NCBI RefSeq assembly: GCF_006345805.1
Contig: NC_043012.1
Coordinates: 17,422,001-17,486,000 of the forward strand
Direction: 5' to 3'
DNA: 64,000 nucleotides
Source of the DNA: Octopus sinensis
Taxonomy: Eukaryota
Shown: positions 26,371 to 40,255 of the stretch, piece by piece
How the letters are laid out: each line of letters begins with the position of its first letter
Numbering within the stretch: the stretch's first letter is position 1
Position numbers and translations under genes: made by a program
Notes under the pieces: model-generated
What the model saw: the letters and a program-made list of their open reading frames with translations, nothing else
Told to the model about the DNA's origin: nothing
Databases searched by the model: none

Positions 26371-26855
26371 GTAATGTTTATCTCGGCAAGAATTGTACTC
26401 GAAATTGGATCATAAACGATCAGAACAAACACGCCAAACCATTCGATCCAAATTTATTTCCTGCCTTAGCTCTGGAATACTTTGGCTTGTATTATTGCTA
26501 CAGCGTAAGCAGTGGTGGTACTTTGAACAGTTCAGCGTTTCGTTAGATCTCAGTCTCGAAATTGAACCTGGTCACTCATAGATATAATATTGTTTGCTAT
26601 AGACCAGAATACAGGAAGTGAAACAACGATACATCCACTTCATGAGAGCACGAAATGAGATGATGCATGTGTCCCCCAGGGTTTTATTTACTGCAATAAA
26701 AATTACACTGCACATTTAGAGAGAGTGTTGCAATATATATTGAACTACGTCAGTATGGATGTTGGACAACGGACATGTATACCGAGGTTTGAATAGTTGT
26801 CTTTGATCCTGGCTGGTCAAACGAAAAATCCCCGCCGACAACAACAACAACAACA

Positions 26856-26899
<44 letters not shown>

Positions 26900-29800
26900 A
26901 CAGGAAAACATGTATGTCTCGCTCGCTTACTGTTACGTAAACAAAAGTTTAGAATCGTCCTCGCTGATGTGCTTTGGAAAAGAAGATTGACTAAACCAAA
27001 TAAAAGGTAAAAATAAAAGAAATATACTAACAATAACTTATTAACTAAACATGACATCACTGAGGATAGCAGCAAAACCAAACAATAATACTTTGGGCAT
27101 GTATTAAACATTTATGTATACGATTTTGTGTGTTGTGTGTATGTTTATTTTCCTTCTGTTGTCTAGTAATAATCTATTTATTTTCACATGTATAAAACAG
27201 CAATGTCTATAAATCACAGACAATTCTCATGCTAATTGTTCTAGTGAATGATTATTTGACTTTATAAAGGTAGATTTAAACGTGATAAACAGGTTCACAA
27301 CAGGTGGGTTGTTATTTGTCTGCGCTTGGTCTGAAAATATTCAACAAGAGACAGAGTGAGAATAATAAAAGACAAATCAGAACGTATATACTATTGAAAA
27401 TAGTTTTACACATTTCAAATTTAGAAATAAACATAGAGAAAAAAAAATAATCAAGATTCATAATGATTAAATTCAGAGAAGATGGCGTATACAAATTCGA
27501 TTTTTCCGTTTTTTTAATAAAAACTTTGAAATCGAAAATGTTAGTTATATTTTATTGTTGTTGTTTGTGGTGATATCGAAAATGGAATGTAAGCAAACTT
27601 GAAGTAATGATAGAAAGAAGTAAACAAAAGTAGCAAATATATATATAAAAGAAAAGAACTTAAAAAATAAATATATGTAAATAAAATTTACTCATCAAAA
27701 TTGAATAGGTGATGTTGGAAAGAGAAATTAATGGTTTTTTTATGATGTTAGTAAAGTTTATTTGGTTATTGGGTAAGCTGCTTCACTATCAAAATTTTAT
27801 TAAGCGACTTGAAAAGAGACGGAGAAGGACAGGGGAAAGAGAGCAATACATACATATTGAGAAAGAGAGAGAGAGAGAGAGAGTGAGAGAGAGAGGGGGA
27901 TAAAGAGAGAAAGCAAAGAGAGAAAGAGAGAGACTATTTTACACGTATGTTTTGAGAGTTACCAATCTCGGCCAGATAAAATAACAGTTGTGAATAATTT
28001 CTGATGTTAGTTTGGACATTGCGTTGCAAATATGTCAGAGATTGATTGCTGTTTGCAAAATTCCCAGATGTGTAATCGACTCTTTCTTAGCAATTTAACG
28101 ACACGTATTGGATAATAATGCTGCTTTTAATAATCATCTTTTCACTTGATTATTCTCTAGGAGTTGATGTGCTAGATTTTAAGCTGGTTGTGCGAGTTGA
28201 ATTACGCCGTGTAACACGATTTTTGTCCCTGGGTAGCGACTGTTATTTCCTGTTTATATCCCTGGAAATTATGAAAAATGGCTAATATTTCATTCAAAAT
28301 ATGCTTTTGGTATATTTATTCAAATCCGAATGAATCCCTCTTATTCCATGGCCATGATGCTTCCCCATTATTCCTGCTCGTGATCAGAGATGTACATATT
28401 GTCAGACAGTAAGGGACATGCTCAGGTGGCTAAGGTCAAGCAACTGACAAGCATATCTGTGGTATTGAGCAGAATATTTGCTATAACGATATTTCTGCTT
28501 CAGCAACTCATCGCTGAATCTCTCTGAAATGTAATGGAAAATAGGTCAGTTTCAAAACATTGGTGTCCAAGTGATAAAAGCAAAGTTTGAAGGGAATAAT
28601 ACATATTTCCTCTGATTTCTAGGTAGAAGCAAATAGGAAAGAACTCTTCCTAACCAATCGTTTTGTTACACAGTGTTATAGAAGCGGCACATGATGTTTC
28701 AAGCTATAAGAATGCCAACAAAAGTGTATAAAATCTAAGCTACATCAGATGTTTTCATGCGTTAATATCTAGAGCACCGTTCTCAGTATGTTCTTGGTTC
28801 GCGTAGTACTCGCTATTAGGTAAACAGTTCCCTGGGTTTTTCTGTTTTTTCTTCGTTTTTTTAAAAATTTATTTATTTGGTTCTTCTGTGAAAACTTCAA
28901 TGCGATTGATCATCTTTGATAGGAATAATCATGAAAGTGATTTGGTTGCTATTTCTGTAAAACAAAAAAGGAAAAAGTCACAAAATGTTACCCAGAGTTT
29001 CATATAAACGATCATCAGAGAGTAGTGTTTGGTAATTGGTTGAATGAAACACTGAGTAACAAGGTTGCGACGTTTCACAGCTTCGATGAAACATTACACT
29101 TTACTCAGCTTTTGGTATCCGAGTTCTATTTTCTCCGACTTTTGTACCAGATTATACATACCTTCATACACACCGACATACATGCATTCATACATCCATA
29201 CATACATTCATACATACGTATGCACAGACAAATACACATGCATACATACATATACACAAACGCACATACATACACGCATACATACGTACATACATACATA
29301 CATGCATTCATACATAAATTCATACGTACATATGCACAGACAAACATACATACATACATATACATAAACACACATACATACATGCATACATACATTCATA
29401 CATACATTCATATATACATACATAATACCTACATACATTCATTCATACATACGTACATATATACACATATATATACACAAACACACATACATGTATACAT
29501 ACACTCATACATACATACATATATGCATACATGCATACACACAAACATACATACACAAACATGTATACATACACACAAACATAAATACATGATGGCTGGC
29601 CCCTCGTTATCGAGTATGGCCATTGCACGAAGCTTAACTGTTATTGGTGCTGTGATCGAATGTGACTTTTATTTGCTTTTTAAGGCTACAGCCAGCCATT
29701 CAGTTTAGACTCACAGCACCATCAACAATCATGAACAGCTGTGCAGGAAGATTTTTTTTTAAGTGAGGAAAGGTTGTGCACTGAGTCAATCCCACTCACT

Positions 29801-30039
29801 AGGCAACAGCAGCCATAATCAGAAAAGAACTCAACATCATCGGTAACCACTGAGCCGCAGGTTTTATGTCGGTGTTATCTCAGTTACCTGAGTTACCTTT
29901 TCCTAGAAGGATGCCCTAATAAAGGCTAGGAGTCCTTCACTTCCAATGGTTTAACCGCGCAATCGGGTATTCAGTCCGATTATTTCTATGTCCCGCGCAT
30001 GATACAGCCTTAAGCCTGAAGAAAAAGAAATTACACATT

Positions 30040-30240
30040 TATTGGATGGCCGTTGACTCTCAAGAGTTCCTCCGTCCGTTGACGGGTTTTGTTTTTCATC
30101 CTGCAGGGTGTCCAATAAACACCCTCCTCACCAAGCAAGCTTGGTGAGGTTGCCGGTTTAGTCCCCAACGGCCCTACCATGCAACAGCTTGTACTGGGTT
30201 ACATGTTACCAGTAGCACTGGAAGGTGACCTGACATAACA
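30040..30240 (-). mobile_element. Structured repeat, possibly the 5' leader of an RTE-clade LINE
   Basis: Multiple hairpins seen directly; family assignment from recalled similarity only. Confidence 0.35.
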
Positions 30241-30404
30241 TACATACATACATACATACAATCATACATACAATCATACATACAATCATACATACATACA
30301 TACATACATACATACATACATACATACATACATACATACATACACATACATATATACACATACATACGTACTTACATGCATACATACATTAAACTAACAA
30401 GCAC

Positions 30405-31080
30405 ACATAATTTCCACATAAACAGTGATGTAGACCGCCTCTACATAAAACGTAAACAAGGCGGCAGAGGCTTAACATCGATCCAAAATGCCTTCGAATG
30501 TCGCATCACATCCCTTCGGCAACATCTTTTAACCACCATGCGTTGAAGTGCATTCCTTGACCAAGTTTGCATATATGAAGCTGATAACTTCATAAGACTT
30601 GGAAGGCAGCTCCTGAGCAACATTCTTTGGATGATAACCCAGAATACATGCCCAAAAAAGTGGCACGATTCTACCGGAATGTATTATCAGATGAAAGGAT
30701 GAGCTTATATGAGCAGAAGATTATGCATGGATATGTTGGTAGAAAGCTCCATGATGATAGTAACATCGATCATCAAAGCAGTTTATCATGAACCAATAGC
30801 CGAATTGCTACCCCCCCCCCCACTTTGAAGGGTATACGTTTGCAATCCAGGAACAGGAAATATCAACCAAGTACCTGATATACAAAAGAGATTGAGATGA
30901 CATAAACGCAGTAAAATGTGACAACCGAAGCAGACTTTGTGGAGCTCACACTGAAGGTATTGCCCACATCATAAGCTGTTGTCCGAATCACTGTATTATC
31001 TACCGATGAAATATGATGTAGGCAGGACACACCACAATGAAATCCGTCGGAAAAATAAGAATGTCTAGATACGCAACAAT
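30405..31080 (+). mobile_element. Decayed R4/Dong-like LINE, post-RT and zinc-finger region
   Basis: HNFHINSDVDRLYIKRKQGGRGLTSIQNAFE..FEGYTFAIQEQEISTKY..RLCGAHTEGIAHIISCCP. Confidence 0.8.
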
Positions 31081-31170
31081 ATGTATGAGAATACATATAT
31101 ATAACACGAATCTGCACATACATACATATATGCTTAGAGATATACATGCATATATATACACACACACACA

Positions 31171-31208
<38 letters not shown>

Positions 31209-31413
31209 CATATTAAGTATAATTGTATGTATCCGACAGGTTCATTTCTATAGTAATAAACACTTGACCAAGTTGCCGCGCTGTGGGAACGATCTTGGAA
31301 CCTTGTGGTTGAGATGAAAACTTCTTGTGACATAGTCACGTCTGCGTCTCAACACACACACGATCAGATATATATAATTATGTATGTGTGTATCTGTGTG
31401 TATGTGCGTGTAC

Positions 31414-31464
<51 letters not shown>

Positions 31465-34240
31465 AAGATAAATCTACTGCCGATGTAAAAATCTTTGTCG
31501 TTACATCTGACTCTCACTTGTAATTTTATTCCGTGTTCTTTATCAACTCATTCTGGAATCGCTGATGAACACGAATGTGTTGCATATTTGATAGAAGAGA
31601 ATTAGGAAATCGTGATTATGGTTGTAGTTATTCTAATACCATTAATGGTATACCTGTTAATTAGTTTCAATCCAAAGCCGAAACTGTGTTGTTTTTCTCT
31701 GCTACAATGGAGTTTAGAATACTAATACTACAACTACTACTACTACTACTACTACTATTAATAATAATAAAAATGATAATGGAACGAAACATTAGATTTC
31801 ATTAAATCATTCAACGTAAAATGCTTTGCAGTTTGAATATGTTGGAAAAGTTACGAAAGCAATTTGATGAGGGAATAGTTGCTAAAACGAGATTAATTCC
31901 GTATTAACATACCACAATTATTCCGTAAGTAGACAGCTTGTATGTAGCAAGTAATTTATGCCATCATTTGAATGATTGAGTGTCTTATTTAAAGTTTCGG
32001 TGTTTCTTGAAATAAAATAAAGAAGTTTCCATCAGTGGGTGATAGGCTTTTATCAAACTATGGTAAGGTTACGAACGTTGCATCTTTTGCAGTGAGAAGA
32101 AAGATTGAATTTCTATTAAGGAAATACTTCAGAGTATCGTTATCATAGGAGAACATGCACATGTTATAGAATGAAATTGCCTTTAGAAATCTGCAAGTAT
32201 TTGATGTGCTTTCGTAACGAGCATTATAATTTAGTAAAAGCTGTTAAAAGCGAAATAATTGCAAAAGAAATCTATAAAGTGTTAAGCGTTGTAAGACGAG
32301 CAAGCTTAGATAAATGTGTTGTGATGAAACATCGCTATATACTTAATAAGTAGGTGTTCGTAGCACGCCAGAAAACAACAACATTATTTTATGCTGATGT
32401 TGTAGAAATAGAAGGACTTGATGTCAATTTAGCAATAATATATTATCTGTCAGAAAAAGGGGCGAAGGGGTGACAGTGCCGTTACAGTGCCGTTCTAAAT
32501 GCCTCACAGTATATTCTACAGGCTGTTCGCTTAAGTTCTGAGTTCTCATTCAGTTTTGGTCGATTTTTTTCGCCTATCATTAATTTTTATGGGAGTTGAT
32601 ATAATGACTGCTTGACATTTCTTGGAAAAAGGGGTTAAATCAATTTATTTCCCAGTTACCCCACTTCCTGTTAATTTATCGTTTTCTGACAATGTTCAAA
32701 ATCGTCATATTATCTGCTAATACTATTATATGAGTCGTTCTTTGGATAGATGTGTTTCATTCATAAGGGAAGAAAGAGAAAGAAAGAAGAAAGAAGTAGC
32801 GGAAATCATATACCATTGCATATCACTTGTTTAAATGCGTTACCAATGGACTGAGCATCAGAATGGCTGAAATAGTAAAGCGACAGACAAAACGTCTTGT
32901 ATTTCGTTCCGTTGCTTTCGCGTTCAAATGCTGTAAAGATTGACCCTGCTTTTTTCTTGTTTTCAGGAATAAATAATGGCTATCATTTAATTTCATCGAT
33001 TACACTTTCAGTAAAGTTTGTGGTCGTATATCTATCTTTAGAAGAAATCAATTTATTGTCTGGAGTAGTGAAGCATAAACATCTTATGGGATTTTGTTGG
33101 TTACGTCTAAGTTTTAAAGTCCACTTTGACTTTCGTTGTTCCGCAGCCGATAAATTTATGATGAGCCAGAGCTATGCTTCGCTGAAGAATAATAATAAGC
33201 CTGAAACAAGTAAAAACGTACACACCACACGTACGTAACTGTCAATATATGTGTCACAGACAAGACTGCATTCAATTTTAATCATTCTTAATATCTCAGT
33301 TGTCCACCTACGAGAGGCAAGAGCAAAACAATTAAAACGCCATACAACTTCTATTATATGGAGGGTACGGACTATTCTAAATCGTATATAAATTTTGAAT
33401 ATTCTGACCAGAAAAATTACGCTGTTATAAAACTCTTGGGAAGAGAAATTACGAAAACAACCTGGTTAATTTCAAAACAAACGAAGGAATTGCCGCCGGA
33501 GAAGACAATTTCTTTACTGGTTATGAAATTATGCAAAGAATTATAATTGTTCTAAACTACATACAGACCATGATTATTTGAAACAGTAAAGAAATATCAT
33601 ATAAAACTGTTTAGAGCTTTAGAGTTGTCGTCAAAATCTAATTCTTTGGCAATATATAACGGCTTAAAGATAAATAAATGCATTGCTAAAATCGGACTGT
33701 AGTGATGGCAGGAGTGAAGTGATGCCCGCGTAGAAGTTGGTCAAGCAGATCAGCAGTTCATCTGGAGATAGAAACATTTTATTTCACTTACTTCAACGGG
33801 AAATAGATGTCTAAAAATGCAGTATCTCTTAAGAAGGAAAGGGTAAATATTACTGAGTATTTAGTAAACAACTAGAGAAAATGAGACATAAACAGATAAG
33901 GTAGGTATGAAAGGATGAAGAAAAGTCAAGAGAAAATAAAAACGAAGCTTTACAAATATATATATATATATACATATACATGTATGCATGTATATAAGAA
34001 ATAATTCTTGTGACGTAAACAATGCGTGTGTATGAGTGTGTGCGTGTGCGTGTGTATGTGTATGTATGTAGGCTTAAATCTGCGTGTGGGTGCATTTGTC
34101 GTTTGATGTTAGATTAGCTCTGAAGACGCAATGTGTCTCTTACGCACAGCTGCGATAAATGGAGCTAATTGCATCACCTCTTATAATGAGATAACTCATG
34201 ATTGAATAAAGCACTGGTATATATATATATATACATATAA

Positions 34241-34330
<90 letters not shown>

Positions 34331-34368
34331 TATATATATATGCATATATATATATACATATATGTATG

Positions 34369-34408
<40 letters not shown>

Positions 34409-34794
34409 TTCACACATATACACACGTTCATATGGAACTGGTAAATGAATGTGGTTACAAGGAAACAAAGGAAAGGAAAAAGCGTTTTTTAATGCATAAC
34501 GTATTATGTGTGTATCTTGTTAGAAACTGAAACTTTCCAAAAGCTTATCGGGTTCCAATTACGCTGCCGTTTAATCCAACGACTGGGTAAAGATGTGTGA
34601 CAATATAAATCTGCAAAAAATATTCATAAATACTCTTAAATGCGGTTGATTTGAAAAAATAGAACAAAAAGCCAAAAAAAGCAAAACACAATATTTCTTA
34701 AAATTCGTGTCTTTGATTGTCTGAAATAGAAGATGTTAAATAATAAATTTATTCACATGTAAAATCAAGAACTGCAAGTGTTGACTTCTATCTT

Positions 34795-35010
34795 TTTATA
34801 TTTTATTTGTGTCAGTTATTTGACTGCGGTCATGCTGGAGCACCGCCTTGAAGCATATTCAACCGAACAAATCGGCCACAGGCCTTTTTCTCCTTTTTAA
34901 GGCTAGTACTTGTTCTAACAGTCACTTTCGCGAACTGCTATGTTACGGGGACGTGAACACACCGACACCAGTTGTCAAGCGGTGGTGGAGGACAAATACC
35001 ATCATAAAGA
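34795..35010 (-). mobile_element. SINE family A, 3' half
   Basis: TTGACTGCGGTCATGCTGGAGCACCGCC..ACGGGGACGTGAACACACC. Confidence 0.7.
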
Positions 35011-35250
35011 CACACAAACACAGACACACACTCTCACAGACAAACACATACACTCACACACACTCACACACATGTATATATATATGAAAAGAACGGAGAT
35101 GGTTTTGGGGGGGATAATTTTTATTTCAATGATAATGTTTACAGTTACTCTAATGAGTTTCGAGCTTTTTGATAGCCGTCTTCAAACTGAAATTCTGTGG
35201 TCTAGAAGGTTGCTTATATAGCAAAAGGTTATTTCTTACAAGTATACAAA

Positions 35251-35644
35251 TCTTTATATATAAAAGTGAAGTTGTGTGTCTGTCTCCTACGATTTAGATT
35301 CCTAACTACTCCAACATTTTGCGGTGCAGTTTAACCAAAACCGGGTATCTTATAGTCATGATTCATATCGAGCCCTTCTGGGTATTAGCGCGCGTCTACG
35401 ATGAGTGTACGATTTAAAAAAAATTACCATCATTTTTTTCCATTTTAATGCATTTTGTCGCTATTATATAAAGGAAGTAACTCTCTAAAAATGTCTACGA
35501 TGAGTCAACGATTTAAAAAAAAATTACCATCATATTTTTCCATTTTTAATGCATTTTGTTGCTATTTTTTGGCTATAACTCTCTAAAAATGCTTATATAG
35601 TTATTTCCCTTACAAACCCGAGCAACGCCGGGCGATACTGCTAG
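35251..35644 (+). mobile_element. Non-autonomous Helitron, copy 1
   Basis: 5' TC, 3' CTAG, A|T insertion site, subterminal hairpin CCCG(A)GC aac GCCGGG. Confidence 0.85.
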
Positions 35645-36668
35645 TAAAAATAAAATAAGAAAATAGAAATTAAAAGAGAGAAAATAAAATAAAAAAAATA
35701 AAAAATAATAACGAATATAAAAAATAAAAAAAGAATACAAGAAGTAAATAAACAACACCTGTGAAAAAAGAAGAAGAAAAGAAGAAGGAAAACAAAAAAG
35801 GAAAAAGAAGAAGAATAAGACGGAAAAGAAGGAAATTGAACATGAAGAAGATGAAGAGGAAAGTAGGAGGAGAGTAAAGAGTAAGAGGAGGAAGACAAAA
35901 GATAGTTGAAAATGGTAGGGAGAAAAGATTAGACTACCAGGCATAAAGAAGTGGAATGCTTCAGGAATGGTAAAAAATATGAAGTTTTTCTCAAAAGATG
36001 ACCTTTGTGGATCGTTCTATTTGAGGTCATCTTATTAATTCTTCACAGCTGGCACGGTGTTCCTCCACCTAATCACATATATACACACACATACATACGT
36101 AAATCCACATATCCACACACGCATTTATATATAGATCCACACACATCCACGCACACACATACACACCTGGATCTACGTACACACATACATACACATACAT
36201 TCGCACATACCCCACACACATTCACATACATACACATGTTTCCATGTGTGTCTATGTACATGTGTGCAGACACGCACACACATATAGATAGATAGAGAGA
36301 GAGAAAGAGAAAGAGAGACGTATATACAAATATATATATTAACATATATATCTAATATAATAAATGTGAAAACTAATTTCTGTGTCACACTTAGACACCC
36401 TCTCTCACTATTCAATGATACTCTTACTATTCCTCATGATGGGGGTAAGAGTAATAGTAGTCATAGAGACGGTGAGGAAGGTGGTGAAGCAGGCAGAGAG
36501 AGAGATAGAGAGAGAGAAATAAAAAGAGAGGAAGAGAGAGAGACAAAACATTCAGGGAGTGTTGGTGATGTTTTATTAAAAGTAGTGGTGTTGATGGTAG
36601 CAGTGGGAGTAATAATAAAAGATACAGCACGGTATCGTTTTTTGCTATAATGTTTTGCTTTCTTTAAT

Positions 36669-36736
<68 letters not shown>

Positions 36737-36755
36737 ACAAACATACATATATATA

Positions 36756-37172
36756 TCTTTATATATAAAAGTGAAGTTGTGTGTCTGTCTCCTACGATTT
36801 AGATTCCTAACTACTCCCACATTTTGCGGTGCAGTTTAACCAAAACCGGGTATCTTATAGTCGTTATTCATATCGAGCCTTTCTGGGTATTAGCGCGCGT
36901 CTACGATGAGTCTACGATGAGTCTACGATGAGTCTACGATTTAAAAAAAAATTACCATCATTTTTTCCATTTTACTGCATTTTTTTCGCTATTATACAAG
37001 GAAGTAACTCTCTAAAAATGTCTACGATGAGTCAACGATTTTTTAAAAAATTACCATAATTTTTTTTCCATTTTTAATGCATTTTTTTGCTATTTTTTGG
37101 CTATAACTCTCTAAAAATGCTTATATAGTTATTTCCCTTACAAACCCGAGCAACGCCGGGCGATACTGCTAG
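36756..37172 (+). mobile_element. Non-autonomous Helitron, copy 2
   Basis: Same termini and hairpin (37145-37160); internal CTACGATGAGT expanded to three tandem units. Confidence 0.85.
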
Positions 37173-37220
37173 TATATAATACAATTTAATTGAAATAAAG
37201 TTTCCCCAAAATTAAACGTA

Positions 37221-37960
37221 TCTAATATAATAAATGTGAATGTCAGTGCGTCACACCTTTTCAACTTTAATAAACCCTTTCTACTAGAAGCACAAGGCCT
37301 CAACTTTTAGGAGAAGGGATTAAGTCGATTACATCGACCCCAGTACGTAACTGGTACTAATTTTATCGACACCGAAAGGGTGAAAGGCAGAGTAGATCGC
37401 CGCGGAATTCGAACTTAAAACCTAACGGCAGACGAAATACTGATAAGCATTTCGCCCAACGTGCTAAAGTCAGTGTGTTACACTTTTTCAACTTTACCCC
37501 AAGAGGCCGTAGCTCAATATATCACACCATTTTGGAATCAGGCTGACTTCGTGAGTAAATTGATAACATTCCGGGCCGAATCCAAACTCACAATACTGAA
37601 ATTTTGGATTCCCAAGTTTTAATTACTGTGATCGTTTATGGCGATTTTTTTTTACGTTACTTTTTCCGACAAAATTTTTTGTAGGATAACAATTTTTATA
37701 ATCTAAAGGCTAATTCTGTGAGTAAGTTAAAAACACTCCGGGCAGAATCCGCACCTGCAATCCTGAAATTTTGCATGCCTATGTTTTTATTACTACGATT
37801 GTGTTTGGCAATCTTTTTACATGAATTTTTGCGACGAATATGATCCTCATTGGGGTATGACTCTGGAAGAATCAATTGCAACAAATTCTCCAAAACAAAC
37901 CAGAGATCTGTTTGCAGATCTTCCCATCCGGGGTTAGTTACTTAAAAGCTATATACTAGC
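37221..37960 (+). mobile_element. Second Helitron-like family, interrupted by a SINE
   Basis: Start TCTAATATAATAAATGTGAA also seen at ~36351; 3' end uncertain. Confidence 0.4.
37270..37468 (-). mobile_element. SINE family B, slightly 5'-truncated, flanked by a ~28-bp direct repeat
   Basis: Homologous to 16906-17134; flanks 37242-37269 and 37469-37496 nearly identical. Confidence 0.8.
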
Positions 37961-37987
37961 ATTTTATGCATATACACACGCACACAC

Positions 37988-38119
<132 letters not shown>

Positions 38120-38396
38120 GGGCGCAGGAGTGGCTGCGTGGCATCTTGGGCAAGTGTCTTCTACTATAGCCCCGGGCCGACCAAAGCCTTATGAGTGGAT
38201 TTGGTAGACGGAAACAGAAAGAAGCCCGTCGTATATATGTATATATATATATATATATGCGTGTGTGTTTGTGTCTGTGTTTGTCCCCCTAGCATTGCTT
38301 GAAAACCGATGCTGGTGTGTTCATGTCCCCGTCACTTAGCGGTTCGGCAAAAGAGACCGATAGAATAAGTACTGGGCTTACAAAGAATAAGTCCCG
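38120..38396 (+). mobile_element. SINE family A with B-box region deleted and 3' end truncated
   Basis: GGCGCAGGAGTGGCTGCGTGGCATCTTGGGC joins the head directly to post-B-box sequence. Confidence 0.85.
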
Positions 38397-38413
38397 TATA
38401 TATATACATGTGT

Positions 38414-38635
38414 GTGGAGGCGCAATGGCCCAGCGGTTAGGGCAGCGGACTCGCGGTCGTAGGATCGTGGTTTCGATTCCCAGACCGGGCGTTGTGAGTG
38501 TTTATTGAGCGAAAACACCTGAAAAGCTCCACGAGGCTCCGGCAGGGGGTGGCGTCATTCGAAGGCTAAAACAATGCGAACGCATTGTGACCAGCGATGT
38601 GTAACTACATCTGATGGACTGGTCGGTCACGTGAT

Positions 38636-38644
<9 letters not shown>
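38414..38644 (+). mobile_element. SINE family D, internally deleted
   Basis: Head and CACGTGATCACGTGATA tail match the 20391 copy. Confidence 0.85.
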
Positions 38645-38677
<33 letters not shown>

Positions 38678-38832
38678 CTGTTTCAGTCATGTCACTGCGT
38701 CCATGCTGTGTGTGCGTGCTTGTGCGTGTGTGTGCGTTTAGGTCTGTGTTGGTCTCCCAGTATGGCTTGACAATTGGTGGCTGTGTGTTTCCGTCCCCCA
38801 TCGTAGAAGTTCCACAAAAAGTAGCCGATAGA

Positions 38833-39035
38833 AATATTATCAGGCTTTGTAAAACAAGTTCTATATTTAAGAGATGAGGAATTATTTACGTTATTTACAT
38901 TTGACTGATATTTGCCCTCATCATGTTTGTTGTTAACACAACGTTTCAGCCGATATACTCTCCAGCCTTCATCAGGTGTCTTGAGGAAATTTCGAACCTG
39001 GGTTCTCATTCCTAAGGTATCTTTTGATGTTATGA
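38833..39035 (-). mobile_element. Family H hammerhead tail, copy 2; ribozyme 38935-38980
   Basis: GACAC-CTGATGA-A-GGCTG gagagtatat CGGCT-GAAAC-GT-T-GTGTT; intact core, two G.U pairs in stem II. Confidence 0.85.
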
Positions 39036-39063
39036 TAATCATAATAATAATAATAATAATAAT

Positions 39064-39437
39064 AGACTAAGACAATACCTGTTGTCATAGGTGCCCTGGG
39101 AATGATAGCGAAAGGGACTGATTGCTACCTAACTCAGATATCAGGAAACCCCAAAATGGCAGAAATTCGAAAGATAGTGCTCATGGGAACTGCTCATATC
39201 CTACGCAAAATACTATCTATGTAATCCCAAGGTTTAAAACAAACTTTTTTTTAAATTATTTTTTTTAAATTTATTTATTTTTTTAAATTTTATTTTTATG
39301 CATTAGACATTCACTAGTACAACACCAAAAAAAAAACCCAAATATATGGCACAGAACTTCCAACCTGTTGTCTCTTGAGGTCTCTGGGTGAGACTTGGAG
39401 CCAACTTGTACAGACATAAAGCAAAAGTCAAACATAG
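39064..39437 (+). mobile_element. 5'-truncated R4/Dong-like LINE flanked by (AAT)n on both sides
   Basis: KTIPVVIGALGMIAKG..RKIVLMGTAHILRKILSM* (stop 39222-39224). Confidence 0.85.
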
Positions 39438-39450
39438 AATAATAATAATA

Positions 39451-39519
<69 letters not shown>

Positions 39520-39532
39520 TAATAATAATATT

Positions 39533-39700
39533 AAACACATCGAAAAATACCTTAGGAATGAGAACCCAGGTTCGAAATTTCCCCAAGACACCTGATGAAA
39601 ACTGGAGGGTATATTTGTCGAAATGTTGTGTTAACAACAAACAAGATGAGGACAAATATCCGTCAAATGTAAATAATGTAAATAATGTAAATAATGCTTT
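39533..39700 (+). mobile_element. Family H tail, copy 3; hammerhead 39587-39632 degenerate
   Basis: CTGATGA retained, stem II broken, GAAAT. Confidence 0.85.
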
Positions 39701-39930
39701 TTTTAAACAAGTCCTGGGATCGAGTTGTTTGACTGGGGCCGTTCAGGGCGATGCTCCTCACTGAAACAAATAGACAAAAAGAGGATAAGCGTTAAACTTA
39801 TGTTGTGAGGACTGATTGGATTTTTCTTAAGATTAATGTATGGTCACCAATTCTCTTTTAATACACCCTCCTAGGGGCATGTATGTATACTCCCTCGGTC
39901 TCTTTATCTTTCAGCCACTCTGTCTGTCTG

Positions 39931-39974
<44 letters not shown>

Positions 39975-40003
39975 TCCAAATCACACACTCCCGCATACTC
40001 CTT

Positions 40004-40195
40004 TTTTAAAACAAGTTCTATATTTAAGAGATGAGGAATTATTTACGTTATTTACATTTGACTGATATTTGCCCTCATCCTGTTTGTTGTTAACACAACG
40101 TTTCAGCTGATATACTCTCCAGCCTTCATCAGGTGACTTCAGGAAATTTCGAACCTGGGTTCTCATTCCTAAGGTATCTTTTGATGTTATGATAA
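40004..40195 (-). mobile_element. Family H tail, copy 4; ribozyme 40092-40137
   Basis: GTCAC-CTGATGA-A-GGCTG gagagtatat CAGCT-GAAAC-GT-T-GTGTT; intact core. Confidence 0.85.
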
Positions 40196-40197
40196 CC

Positions 40198-40255
<58 letters not shown>

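Noticed and set aside
31561-31590. CTGATGA-ACAC gaat GTGT as a hammerhead
   Set aside because: Stem II present but no GAAA follows
33180-33215. CTGAAGA..GAAAC-AA-GTA as a hammerhead
   Set aside because: No stem I or stem II pairing
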